From Podarcis vaucheri (Eukaryota), in the NCBI GenBank assembly GCA_965113315.1, contig OZ220366.1: 64,000 nt of DNA, one strand, 5' to 3'. The position numbers were made by a program, and so were the translations under genes. Of this stretch, positions 50,141 through 63,416 are shown in pieces; the first letter of the stretch is position 1, and each line of letters opens with the position of its first letter. The notes under the pieces are model-generated. The model worked only from the letters and a program-made list of their open reading frames with translations, was not told the DNA's origin and searched no databases.

Positions 50141-51774
50141 TTGGAATAATAATGTTCCACTGTTGATGCAAAAATATAGTTTTGAGTTGAATATACACGT
50201 TCATATATTTGTTTGTTTGTTTTAAAAAATCTACATATATTGAAATACTCCAAGTCAGAATTTAGAACTGAATTGCGGCATCCTTAGAATTAAAGCAAAA
50301 TAAATATGTACCGTACTTAAACTCTGGTGTATTCTGGTCTGTTCTAACCATGAAGGTTGCATGTGTCTAACCATCATCATTAAGAGTTTAACACTATTGG
50401 AAAGTGAAAGTAAAAATGAGGACATGTATTGATGAAGTATACTTAAAGGATGTTTTTAGTATACTGAGCTTACTACTCTTCTCTGCTGTTATCACTTAAT
50501 GTTGGAAAGCAATTCAACATTTTCCCTCAGGATCTTAAAAGTTTTGTGATACCCCACTTTTTATAGAGCCCCTGGTCCTATATTCATTGTGAACTGTTGT
50601 GAAATGAAACATAGAAAATCCCACCTACTAAGAGAATAATTGATGGGGAATAATGGAGATACAGAAATGTGCATACCAACAGCATTTTCTCATGGAAGGA
50701 ATGCTGTATTTGCATATATATGGCATGTAGTATGCACTGCCTGTTCATAAAGGGAGTGGGACTAAACAGAGCTTTGAGCTTGTACTTCACCCCTTTGACC
50801 TGATCTTTTCTGAGTTCAAGAGCCATGTGGATGTTACATGCCTTTAGATTTTCTGAAAATCACCCATTGTACATTCATCCATTCCTTACACCAGCCCTTG
50901 CTAAAAATACTGGCAAAAAGAAAAGGCAAGAGGGAGACCCACACAGAATTGCTCTACTATTATGACCTTGATGTTCCTGGGCTCAAAAAAAGTTAACACC
51001 CCAGCTGCAAATTGATCTTGAAACCTTTGGGAAGAATTACTCATGACTGACTTTTCCCATGGATTCCCATGGCCCTTAGGCGTGACTACTTTTCTGTTGG
51101 TTGAAACCTAGGAGTAAAGTCTTAGGCTGCACTCTTAAAGCTGGAGTGGGGGGAGAATTCACCTCATCCATCATACTGCCAGTCTAGGGTGGAGTGGCAC
51201 TCTTGCACACTTTTTCCCTTTTTCACACCATCCCCCTTAACAATTCACCTCCTATTCAGATCAAGGGAAATTCATTATTCCAGCTGCAGGGCTGACAGAA
51301 TTTTCCATCTGGGTTGGGAGTGTGTCCGGGGGCTGGGATACTAGGAATCCTTTGGATCCATGTCCTCTCTAGAACCCAACCTATACCCAGATCCCTTCAG
51401 AATGCAAATTGTACATGCGTGGATACACTTTCTCACTTTCTGACTCTTGGCAGCGGCAGATGGTGTGTTTGTTGATCTGTGGCAGAGAAGTGACCAGAGG
51501 GGGGTGGCAACCAAGGCATTTGCTCAATAATTCAAATGTGCCCATGGGACTGAAATGACTGGTGACGCTTGCAGTAAGTGGTTTTACATCATGAAATATA
51601 TAGCACTTGCAGGTGATAGCAACTATATTTAAAGACTATATTTATATCTCTTCCTGTATTTATCTAGTAGCTAATGAGATAAAGGTGAATGAGTAAATCC
51701 ATTAGTTTCTTGGGGAATATGAATGCATCTGCAAGTATTATTGGTTTACATACTTCTACTGAGTTATGACCATT

Positions 51775-52026
51775 AGAAGAAGAAGAAGAGTTTGGATTTG
51801 ATACCCCACTTTATCACTACCCCAAGGAGTCTCAAAGTGGCTAACATTCTCCTTTCCCTTCCTCCCCCACAACAAACACTCTGTGAGGTGAGTGGGGCTG
51901 AGAGACTTCAAAAGAAGTGTGACTAGCCCAAGGTCACCCAGCAGCTGCATGTGGAGGAGCAGAGACACGAACCCAGTTCCCCAGATCACGAGTCTACCGC
52001 TCTTCACCACTACACCACAATGGCTT
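51775..52026 (-). mobile_element. Squam3-type SINE
   Basis: Homologous to the other two copies. Possible TSD ATTAGA at 51772-51777 and 52029-52034. Confidence 0.9.
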
Positions 52027-52117
52027 ATATTAGAGTTCTCCTCACCCATAAATGCCACCATGGGGGAATCTGCACCAGACTTGCATCTGGGGCCTTTTGA
52101 GGAATGATCTCAGGTTG

Positions 52118-52157
<40 letters not shown>

Positions 52158-52560
52158 TATTATTTCAACTTATACACTACCCTATACCAGGAGGTCTCAG
52201 GGCAGTTCACAACAAGACCACATCGTATAAAATCAAACCAAAAGCAGTAACCCAATAACAACCCCCCTCCAAAAAAAAAAAAAGCCACATTCTGAAAGGG
52301 TGTTGGATGTCAATAAGATCAACCAAATAACATTTTTGCCTGGCGCCTAAAGGTGTATAATGAAGGTGCCAGGTGAACTTCCCTGGGGAGAGCATTCCAT
52401 AGATGGGGAGCCACTGCAGAGAAGGCCCGTTGTCATGTTGCCACTCTCCAGACCTCTCGAAGAGGCATACGAAGGAGAGCCTCAGAAGATGATCTCAGGG
52501 TCAGGGTAGGTTCATATGGGAAGAGTCGGTCCTTGAGGTATTGCTGTCCTGAGCCATTCT
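52118..52560 (-). mobile_element. L2 3' fragment with (ATG)n/(ATA)n tail (different subfamily)
   Basis: ggggagagcattccatagatggggagccactgcagagaaggccc parallels the L2 at 470-512 (RAFSAVAP.LWNALP). (CAT)n tract at 52119-52157. Confidence 0.85.
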
Positions 52561-54865
52561 ATCGGTGAGGCTCAGAGAGTGCTGAAATCAGGATGTCTAA
52601 AGCTTATGTGGACTGAATCTCCACTCCATGATGTGAATGCATGTGCCCCAAGCCTACAAGCACAATAACAATGAGATGAACAGTTTATTATAGGCATATG
52701 GTGAATCTGTTTGTGGGTGAGTCATCAAGTGCAAATTCAAACCAGGTTGGTTCAAGAAGATCAATTCTCTTTGAAACCAAAGCAAGAATCCCCCAGAAGG
52801 ATTGCAGCATCCTGTGGAAATTTCCTAACCAGCTTTGTGAGTGAAAGCTCTCCTCCCGCTGATGTACTGTGCTCATGATAGAAGTCCTACTGGTTTAATT
52901 ATTATCAGAAGACCTAGAGAAAGGACTTTTTTTCTAGATAAGGCTGCCTTCTTTTTCTTGGTTGCCTCATGGGAACATCTGGCACAGTCCAGTTCTCAAT
53001 TTTCAAGAACAGCTCGACATAACCTGAATTCCTGAAATGGACAACTGTGGGAAGGAACTTTATTCATTTCGCTGGATAATTGGTTTATGGCTTGGAGTCC
53101 TTTGGTGTAATTTTAGCTAATAACCATAGAACTTTCCCCATTTATTTCTTCCTCTTTTATAACATGTCTTTTTTGGAAGCCCAGAAGGAACTCAACCACC
53201 ACCAAAGAAATAACCACTATAAAATTGTAATAGTCTTGCTTTGATTTATGAAGAATGAAAAGGAAGAAGGGTATATATACTTTGGAGCATCAACTCCACA
53301 TTATTTCTCATAGACTGCATGCGTAGCATAGGCATCCTAGTACATACTGATGACTTTTAACCTCAGAACACATTATGCTGTATTTAATGCAGCAGTTGAT
53401 TCATTCTGTTTGTCTTTCCAGTGTAAATCTGGAAAAGGGCACATTGGGAAGCAACATCAATAAGTGTGGAAATCAGGAGCAGCCAGACCAGAAAGCACAT
53501 TCTGGCATTATCCCTGATGGTCACTGTAATCTTCTGCATGTTTATCTCGTATTTTCCTTTCATATATGTATAGTCAGCTCCAGGGGCTCCCTTTTTGTTT
53601 TGGAATATGAAGCCAAGTTTAGCTTGGCACCAAATCCAATTTTTCTGGCTTACCAGAGCCTAATGGTAGTCTTTGCATGCAAACTGCCCATATAAAGTCA
53701 GTCTGAATGTAAAAAGGGGGGGGGGAAATGTAGAGACTTTACATAAATTGCTAATATTTCCTTTGGTTAAGAAACAAAGAAAGACTGATTTGCTTAAAAT
53801 GGTGAAACACTGGAAGAAATGGGAAGGCTCAAAGCCCTCACCTCATTGGGATTTCTGAAAAGTCAGTTACTTCTGAACTTCAGCCCATTGCAGCCTCAGG
53901 GTTTGATATACTGCGCTCAAGATTTGACTCCAGTCAAAACATTCTCCATAAGAGCATCCTAATGATACCAAAATTGAACTGGACCTTCACATATCTGGAA
54001 CCACTTTTTGATGAAAGCTATTTGGTTGGTTTGGAATATATATATGGGTTGGGGATTGGCCTAGGTTTTAAACAAAATCCAAATATATTAGTTGTAGATG
54101 AAGTTCATAGTGTCTTGCCTGTTGCAGAGGACTGGATAACTTGGAAGCTTGGCACTATTTGGTGACATTTTGTTGATCCTAATTGCCCAGCTCTGGATTT
54201 TAGTGTGCCCACCCCCTTATGTTCCAACAGGGCTACATATGCTTTTCATCAACCATCTTTTGTTGTTCATCCAATGAAAAGAGACTCTTATATTAATATA
54301 ACTTCAAAGCACTTGATCAACTCCCTCCCATGCAGGCCACAAAGACCAAAGTTGTGTTTTCTTAGGAAGAATGGTCACAACTGTATCCTGGCACTAGCCA
54401 TTCACCTGCTTTGTTCATCCTGGAATACACAGTGAGAGATATATAGGATATATATATATAGGATATATATATATCCTATATAAGCCATTTCTCCATGACT
54501 TCTTCTGATGCTGCTCCAGTAGTATTTTCAATTTTAAAACCACATGCAATCAGTTAGATGTTTTTACCTGGATCTGGCTGGGAGAGAATGTGATATAAAT
54601 TGGAAGGCAAAGAGCTATGTCATTGGTCCTGCTGATGTGGTTCAAAAATACAGGGATGACTCTCATGCTGGTAATAATATATGAAGAGGACTCTATAAAC
54701 AGCCTTTAAATTTTTGGACAGTAAAAGGAACAGGAGGGAGGAAATCAGTTTACTCAACATGATGCCATAATGATACAACAGATCATCTCTCTTTGAAGCT
54801 GCATAAAAGTGCAACAGCTCACTGTAAAAAAAAAAGGTGGAAGGGTGGGAATAATGACAACATGA

Positions 54866-54945
54866 TGCTTCTGCTTCTGCTTCTGCTTCTGCTGCTGCTG
54901 CTGCTACTACTACTACTACTACTAATAATAATAATAATAATAATA
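54866..54945. repeat. Compound microsatellite (GCTTCT)n(GCT)n(ACT)n(AAT)n
   Basis: Direct reading of the sequence. Confidence 0.95.
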
Positions 54946-57900
54946 GTAACCACAATGTGCAAATGTAAATAATGTCTCCCCAAAACAAGGTAGTGGTTTC
55001 TGCATATTTAGGAGACAACCTGGGTGCACAGACTTATGCTGGTTTGTAGATGAAGTGAAACAGAAATCCATAGAATGTGGTGAATAGCAGCAGAGGGTGG
55101 TGGTGGTGATGAGAGAATTGGCCTCGCTCAGCCCTTAGCACATTAAAGAGGAGGAATTAGTCTCAGTGCCATGAGGTTAAAAATTAAAAATGGATAAATC
55201 AGTTGATTTTTATTTCTCTCGGTTTCTTCTTTTCCAATCTTAAGTTCAGTTCCGTTCAATTCCACCAGCTTGTGCTTCATTTCATGTGAGAATTTATATG
55301 CATTTTCATGCACATTTCTCCTAACATACACATTTTTGTAAGCATTTTTGCATTTTCACACATAGATTTCCCTAATACAATTCATTGCTTTATACATTTT
55401 TTGGTTGGAGAAGTATGATTTTCAAAGAATAGTTGCATTTTGCCTGATGCATTTGTTCAGGAAGTGCAAACTAGGTAGTTTCAAGTTAAAATGGGAACCA
55501 GATTATCTCCCTCCCCATCCCTATTTTCCCCCTGTCTTCACCCTTACACAGTGTAGTAAAAACTTTATCAATTGAAGGCGCACTATCATTCCTATAAGAA
55601 GTCTAGGGATATAAGAAGGCATCAGTTTCCATTCTGATCTGTGCTTGTGTCATGCAGTGATGTTTTCCTTCCACTGCAGTTTGGCTTCCTACAAAAACTA
55701 TGTTATCTAGCTCTCTGTCCACTGAGATGTTACATAATTACACAATCTATATCTCTAACTCACCATCTCTAAGATTTTCACAGAAAGCTTTGTGATGATG
55801 TTTTATTTCTATTTGTAATTTGCACAATTAGTCATGCAATTAATTATGTTATGCAATTCCACAACATTCCTTTCAATGCAAAGGCCAAATCTTCCTGGTG
55901 CGAAGGAAATGCAATGCAGACTGTGGGAGGGGAAATGTCATCAACTACATATTGTCTGTGGGCTTAAATCAAGAAGAGCAACAAGGAATATTGGCTGTAT
56001 CCACTGGATTGATTTCTATTCTGGACATGGAATGAATAAGCAAATGTGAGCCTTTTCCCTTCCTGTTTCTGTTATAATTCTCTGACATCCCTAATCTGAG
56101 CCCAGCCTTCCCTAACCTGATATCTTCTGTATGATTTGGATTCCAACTCCACAGCATGCCTGATCATTGGTGAGGAATGATGAGAGTCACAGAACATCAG
56201 AACATTAGGCAGCTGGAGAAGGCTGCCTAATTCTCTTAGCATGGTATAGCACTGGGGTGGAAAGTTATCAGAGGAGGGGTCCTCTCTTTAAGTCTCCCTC
56301 CTTGGAGGCCCCATTCCTGGCTTGTTAGAGCTTTCAACAGGGGACTAGAGATCACTGCAATGTTATGTTGGGGGCCCCCATTCACAATGTAAGTATTCTA
56401 CATCCCTGCATTGATTATACTTCTGCAAAGTTTCAGGTTTCAAGAAAACAAATAAACAAACATTAAGTCATGACTATCAAATCAGTAATGAGCAAGGCCA
56501 GAAATATGCTGGAAAGCGAACTGTGCATTACATCAACAAGGAGATATTTCTAAGTTGTTGCTTTAGCTGGCTGGAGTAATCCAGGCTATGGCAATATCTT
56601 GTCACAGGATTTAATTTATAGATAATTCTATGAAGCCTAGCTGATACAAGCTGCGTTTTAATGGGTTCCTTCAACAATAGACTAAAAAGGTGGCAAGAAT
56701 GAACTCCCTCTGGAAAAACAGATGACAGTATACACCTCTCTCAGCATGCAGCACTACATCTGCAATTCATGTCCTTTATGAAGGTCAGTTTCTATCTGAT
56801 TCCATGGCTAACACATGGTGCTGCGTTTGTTTATATTACTCAGCTCATACGGAGAACTGGCAGAAAATGTCCATCTATTTAATCAGCATTTCTTTTAACA
56901 AATGGGCAGTGAATTGTTTTTATGGACAAGAAACCACTGCTTTCATAGTGAGATGTTTTTTCAGTGTTAAAAACAACAACACTGTTACTAGGATGTAACA
57001 CTTTTAACATGCTTCTTCCACTTCAAAGACTGTGAGCTTTCAAGCAGAGTCCTCCATAAAGCATCCTAAACACTGTGCACTCTTTACAAATAAGTGAAGG
57101 CATATGGCAATGCCAACAGTCTATTTCTCATTAAGAGGTGGCATGTGTCCCCCTTTCTGAAACATACCCCACCATCTCCCCATTGCTCATCTTCTATGGC
57201 TCCTTGAAGGAAAGGCACTTTTCACATACAAAGGATGAGTGAATCCTAAACTGTCAATTCAAATCAGGCTATCATTCTTAAACATGCTTGCTTGAAAGTT
57301 AACTCCATCAAAATCAACCATGCTTACTTCTGAGGAAATAGGTTGAGGATAGGCACTATGGTGTGAAACCTGCTTCAGAGACCCTTCTGTGAGACTGATT
57401 TGGCATGCATACGAGATGGGGCCTTCCTTGTCATGGCTCCTATGGTTGTGGAACCTTCTCCTCTCCAAGCTGTATATGGATCCCCCATTACAAAGCTCTA
57501 TACAGGTTTTAAAAACTGTCTTGTTTTGAGTTGCTTCCCCTTAAAGTACTTCAGTGTAGCTGGTTTGAATTATCATGCTGCCTTTAAAATATTTTTCATG
57601 TTTTGAAATATACTGGCCTCTAAGCTGCTGTTTTACCAATGTTTGAATTATCTGGTCTATGTCTTGGTTCCCCGGAGACTGGAGTTCAGAGGCATGCCTC
57701 AGTTCATGCGTTATTACAGTTACAATGTTCTGATGATTGACACTTGCCCAAGATTTGCCCAAGATGCGCAGCATTCATTGTGCATTACACCACTAGCCTT
57801 TATAGGTGGTGTTAAAATATTATAAGAATTGCAAGAGGAAATGGCAAAGCTGGGATTTCAAGAAGTTGTACGGGTGTGGAAAAGCTCTTCAGTCAGCTTC

Positions 57901-58247
57901 TGGAAGAAAACAACACACCAAACGCCAGCTTTAAATAGAAAGTTCCACCTCACTGGCACAACATGCTTGAGAGGTTGTGTTAACAACAAATAACTATTTG
58001 GGGATGTTCAGGGCCTGAAATGCTGTGCTTACCTCCACCCACTAGTATCCAAGTGTCCTTTTAGGCGGCAATCCTAAGTATATTTATATGGAAGAAAGCT
58101 CCATTCAAATGGCTTTTACTTCCTCATTCATTTGCTTTGGTTCAGGATGCCCGCCAATGATATTCAACTTATTGAGTTAGTTCTTCGGCGAGTAAATATG
58201 TAAAAGAAATGTGAGCCTAACATTGCCACCTAATTTCTTTATTTTAG

Positions 58248-59136
58248 TTGGGAAAAGTGCGGGGAGAAATTTGATTCTGGGTCAATAACAATAGATGGGA
58301 AACTGCTGATTTGACGGTTATCTTTAGCAGATAGGGGTGGGTCAATGTATGAAGGTTTTAAGGTTTCAATGGAGCAGTCCAGTCCTTTAAATCCATCTAA
58401 ACTGAGTGAGATTTATGATGGATATGTTTTTCCACCACTGTCAGAGGCAGAATGCCTGTTTTTGGGAATCACAAGTGGGGTGAGTGTCATTGCCATTTGG
58501 TTCTGCTTTGGAATTCATCTAAATCTTTTGCACATTCCTAAGATAAATTTCCATGATATTTTCAGCTATCAGGGAATATCTCCTATGTCCGGCCATTTCT
58601 CTGATGTCCACATAAAGTCTTTCTCTACTCTCCAGTATTCTGAAGTCATGTCTACATGTTTTCTTTCTGCCACCAATCTAACTCCTTGCAGCACCTGGAT
58701 TTTCTTGGACATCTGCAAGCCAAGCAGTGCACTAACCTCATCTGACTCTGCATAGCAGTAAGATCTTATTAAACTTTCTGCCCAAGGTGTTATGGCTCCA
58801 GGCATTCCTGCTGGCTTGGAGATATAACGGCATACTTTCCAAAAGGAAATGGAAGGATGATGAATGTGCCAATTACAGCACTGGCCACCAAAAATGCTCT
58901 GTACAAAACTCACAATTTCCTGCTGTTGCTTCGTGTGAGTGATTTTATTTTCTGCGGTCAGATGTTCAAGGACTGAAATAAAAAATAAATGCTAAAGGAA
59001 CTTATATTCTGAGGTCAAGGGGGAAGGAATCCCCTCACTTTCCCTTTCATTTCTGATTTTTTTTTTTTTGCAGTTATTGAAAGGTTTATTTGGCTTTGTT
59101 ATAGTAGCACTATGCAGTTTGCGAGGGACAAGCTAG
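58248..59136 (+). other. Speculative spliced transcript (exons 58248-58479 and 59074-59136) with a 65-codon ORF from ATG 58345
   Basis: Branch-point-like CTAAC, a pyrimidine tract with ttttAG (58247) and donor GGG|GTGAGT (58480). A long T-run followed by GCAG (59073) and donor TAG|GTGAGA (59137). The junction is in frame. No known homolog recognised. Confidence 0.25.
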
Positions 59137-60423
59137 GTGAGACATCATTTACAAATTAGTAATTGTACAAATGGCTTTTAAGAAGTAAATTGCAGGCACA
59201 AGGCCCCCACGCCATGTATCAGTACTCTGAAATGGAAGCTAAGGTTTTTTAAAAGCCTTTGCCCTTTGTTGTGGTCCAATTCCTACCATCTTTCTGGATC
59301 AATATTTAACAGGCTCAATCCAATTTACCACCACAAACAAATAAATGTAATGATTTATGCCTGTATCATGTTGGCTTGATGTATTGTTTTGCCAAAGCTG
59401 GTATTTACTATCTTAGGAAGACCAGGTGATGATATTGTTTTAAATGTCGGATCTCACCATGTGTGGACATGATAGAGGGTTTAACAGCAAGGGAGGAGAA
59501 CATCATGTGAAAATGAGAGAAGGGAGAGGAGTTACAGAGATTTACTATTCCTCCTCCCCACAAAAAGTGATACAAAAATCTTGCCCAAAAGTCTGGCATA
59601 TTAATGGATCAGGTCTTCTGCTCCACATCTAACAGGTATGTTTATGCAGAAAGAAATCTGTGCTTGGAGGTAACTTATTTAAGAAAAATAGAAGACACTT
59701 AAACCATCTGTTACATTTTCTGTCCAAGTCCTAACAGAGACATTCAACAATATTTCCCTTCGTTTGGCTGCTTCTGCTAACTGGGGAAAAAACGAGCACA
59801 TGTTTTTAATTTTATCATGGAAGACTAATAGCAACAATATTTTGCTATTAGCCTGCTATGATATAAAAACCCATGTCATTTAGCAACAAATGGCCTGCCC
59901 CTGAGATTATTGGCTGAGCAGCTATATTCTTTTCATCATGACTTTCTAATTAGAAACGTGTTTGGAGATTAATCCATTAAGAAATATCCAAAGGAAGTAT
60001 TCTAATTCCAGATTTAACGTTTTACTTTCTTATAAGTTGGGGGAAAGCCCTCGAGCATCTACTCAAACATTTACTGCTCAAAAGAAGCTGAGTGACACTG
60101 AGGTTAAAGAAGGATTAAATGCTCTCTCCAACATGAAGTGTTTGTTGTGTCAGTCCAGTTCCCCAGAGTTTTGGACAGTCAGATGACCATATTGAATCTC
60201 TGCTCTCTCATGGACAAATAGCATTTTCCACTACATGATACTGGAAACTAATTAAGAATGAAGATGGTACTCTAGGCGGTTCCTCTAGTTATCCTCTGTT
60301 GTGTTGTTCCATTGAAAAGTGTGTTGTTTGCACAAAGCTGAAGACACCTATCCTGATCCTGCTAAGGACTTCACTTAGGTATAATTTCATTGATCCAAGG
60401 CCATAGGCACAAAGCAGGGGTAG

Positions 60424-60902
60424 TGTCAGGAATAAGGCAGCTCCTAGTAGAACTTTACAGCTGGCTGCAGAACAGAGAGGGTTAGATCTGACACAGGTTG
60501 AACAGTCAGCGGAGACTCCCCCGCCCCTTGGAATGCTGGTTGCCAAGGGAATGACTGAAAGTGGGCTGGAACACAGCCAAAGCTCTCAGGAAGCTCAAAC
60601 AGGTGCAGACAGATAAAGAGATATTCTGTCAGAGCTGGAAGAGACTGAAGCTAATCCAATAAGTCCAAAGAGTCGGCGAATGGGAGTGCTCTTAGACAGG
60701 AAGTGAAACAAGAGACATATGGGGTGATGGTTTAATATATTCTGTAGGAACTGGAAGGAGTCTTCAAAAGGGTCATCTTGAATGATAATGTTGGCTCCTT
60801 CATTAGAGATGCCCGGAGCTATCTGTTTGTTTTTGCAATAAATCCTCCTTTTTAACTACCCACGCTTATTGTGCAACAAGCTGGGAACCTGGACTCCTGA
60901 CA
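60424..60902 (+). mobile_element. Solo LTR (Gypsy-like), 479 bp
   Basis: Terminal inverted 8-mers TGTCAGGA...TCCTGACA. Perfect 5-bp TSD GGTAG at 60419-60423 and 60903-60907. TATA-like GATAAAA at about 60612 and AATAAA at about 60837. Confidence 0.9.
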
Positions 60903-60971
60903 GGTAGTCAACATGGTGCTCTCCAACATGGTGCTAGACTACCACTGTGGAATTCCCTTTTCCCTGAGGTG

Positions 60972-61345
60972 AGGTAAAGGTAAATGACCCCTGGATGGTT
61001 AGGTCCAATCAAAGGCAACTATGGGGTGCAGTGCTCATCTTGCTTTTCAGGCCGAGAGAGCCAGCATTTGTCCACAGACAGCTTTCTGAGTCATGTGGCC
61101 AGCATGACTAAATTGCTACTAGTGCACAGAGGACCATGATGAGTGCCAGAGCGCACAGATATACCATTTTCCTTCCCGCTGCAGCAGTACCTATTTATCT
61201 ACTCGCACTGGTATGCTTTCAAACTGCTAGGATGACAGAAGCTGGGACAGAGCAATGGGAGCTCATCCCATTATGTGGCTTTGCCGACCTTCTGATCAGC
61301 AAGCCCAAGAGTCTCAGTGGTTGAGACCACAGCACAACCTGTGTC
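60972..61345 (-). mobile_element. Sauria (Squam1) SINE, older diverged copy
   Basis: aggtaaaggtaaa tail, and tacctatttatctact...ctttcaaactgctagg core shared with the other copies. CpGs decayed. Confidence 0.88.
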
Positions 61346-62911
61346 TGATGTCAATATGGTTTAGCTTTCAGCCCCAGGTAAAGACCTCTCTCTTCCTCCA
61401 GCTTTTAGTAGGGGTGCAAGCTAATGTTGTAGACCCACCTGTTCTTTTATACTGAGAATGAGCAGACCGAATGAGTTTACCTAAGATTTAAAATGTTGTT
61501 TTAAGGTGCATAATATTTTATTGGTTAGTTTTATTGTGTGCATTGGCTTGTAGTATGGAATTTGCTCTGGAATCACCCTGTGGTGAAGAACAGGATATAT
61601 ATTGTATAAATAAATAAAACTCCCATCATCCCTGATCATTGGCCATGCTGACTGGGGCTGACAAGACCTATCCTTCAATAACATCTGAAGGACAACATGT
61701 TGGCTACTCCTGGACATAAAGTATCCAATGCGCATATCTAGGCCAGGAATGGAGAACCTGCAGTCCTCCAATCAGAGGTTGTTGGATCTGAACTCCCATC
61801 AAATCTGACTATAGGTCATGCTGGCTGGGGCTGATAGTTGGAATTTGTGGTAATATTATACCTTTAAGACTAGAATATGGGCATTGATGATGTTCATGCT
61901 ACAAAGAAATAAATTAAATTGATCTTGGTAATGAAAGTGTACATGGGGAATTTCTCGTGAAGCTACAGAACTTTCCATGTGGATCAGTTTGTATTTGACT
62001 GTGCCCTTTTGTGGTTAGAAATATTTATATCCTTTCAGTTGGTGGCGGACTGCTTAGAACAAGCATTCCAAATGATCACTGGGTGGTGTAAAGACCCTTG
62101 GCAGGCAGCTGGAACCACAAAAACCAAATGAAAGGGTCTAAAGGAGACTGTGGGAACTTCATTTTATTTAGTCCTTGAGGCCACCTGGATTTGGCGAGAA
62201 GGAGGATCGAAAAACAGCCAGAATTCTGCACGTCTATACAGTCTTGCATTTATCATTGTCAGAGACCATTGAAAGAGGGATAATTTTCCCCTGTTCGGGG
62301 AATAATTCCAAGTGTTCTATGCATCATTATGTAAAGGGGAGAAATGACAGTTGGGTATAGTTATCTTGGGCTTTTGTTTCAGGGTTAAGTAAGCTGTATG
62401 GATGAATGTATGAAAGCTCCACATCTAATTATGGGATTTAGTGACTAAGGAGGCTGCAAGGTTCTGGCTAGCTAACATTTCCTTGTGTCCCTGTTGCTTT
62501 CGATGAACATATATTCAGTCTACATAAGAAGTTATACTGGAGGATCTCCTTCCCTCCCTCCCTTCCCAACCTAACCAAATTTGTGTTAGGTCAGTTATAG
62601 GGAACCTCAGATCCAGAAGCTGAATGTGACCCTCTCGATTGTTCTTCAGACCCTTGAGACTCTCTCTAGCCCATTCCCCCTGCACATGCCATACTCCCTT
62701 ACAATAGTTTGATTTTGATTTAGCACTTACATTACTTTGATTTCAGTCTTGCCCTGTAACAACAGATACATTGTGCTAATGCTAGACATGTCTAACCGCC
62801 TCTTTATATATAAAGTTGCCAGCTTACAACAAGTCAGAACTTCTGCCTACTTCTCCTTATAACATAGAGGACCGTTTGCTCACATTTAGCTGTTCCCAGC
62901 ATTTCCTTATA

Positions 62912-63153
62912 CAGTGGTACCTCGGGTTACATATGCTTCAGGTTACATACGCTTCAGGTTACAGACTCCGCTAACCCAGAAATAGTACCTCGGGTTAAGA
63001 ACTTTGCTTCAGGATGAGAACAGAAATCATACTCCGGCGGCGCGGCGGCAGCAGGAGGCCCCATTAGCTAAAGTGGTGCTTCAGGTTAAGAACAGTTTCA
63101 GGTTAAGAACAGACCTCCAGTACGAATTAAGTACTTAAACTGAGGTACCACTG
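62912..63153 (+). mobile_element. Tc1/mariner MITE, family A
   Basis: TA-CAGTGGTACCTCGGGTTA...TGAGGTACCACTG-TA. Confidence 0.93.
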
Positions 63154-63155
63154 TA

Positions 63156-63416
63156 CAGTCATACCTTGGGTTACAGACGCTTCAGGTTGCATTTTTTCGG
63201 GTTACGGACGCTCCGAAACCCAGAAGTAGTGGAACGGTTTACTTCCAGGTTTCGGCAGTAGTGCATGCGCAGAAGCGCTAAATTGAGCTTTGCACATGCG
63301 CAGAAGCACCAAATTGCAACCTGCGCATGTGCAGGTGCGACGCTGCGGGTTGTGAATGCTGTGGGTTGTGAATGTGCCTCCCACACAGATCACGTTCGCA
63401 ACCCGAGCGTCCACTG
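63156..63416. mobile_element. Tc1/mariner MITE, family B, abutting the family A copy
   Basis: TA-CAGTCATACCTTGGGTT...AACCCGAGCGTCCACTG-TA. Homologous to 10048-10266. Confidence 0.88.

Noticed and set aside
54620-55018. 132-aa ORF with poly-L/V/A runs (also poly-S at 52052 and VC repeats at 13090 and 14546)
   Set aside because: These are translations of microsatellites.
58240-58913. Minus-strand stop-poor frame (114-aa ORF plus continuation) as a possible endogenous viral element or pseudogene
   Set aside because: It has several in-frame stops and no motif I can recognise. A profile search would be needed to revive the idea.
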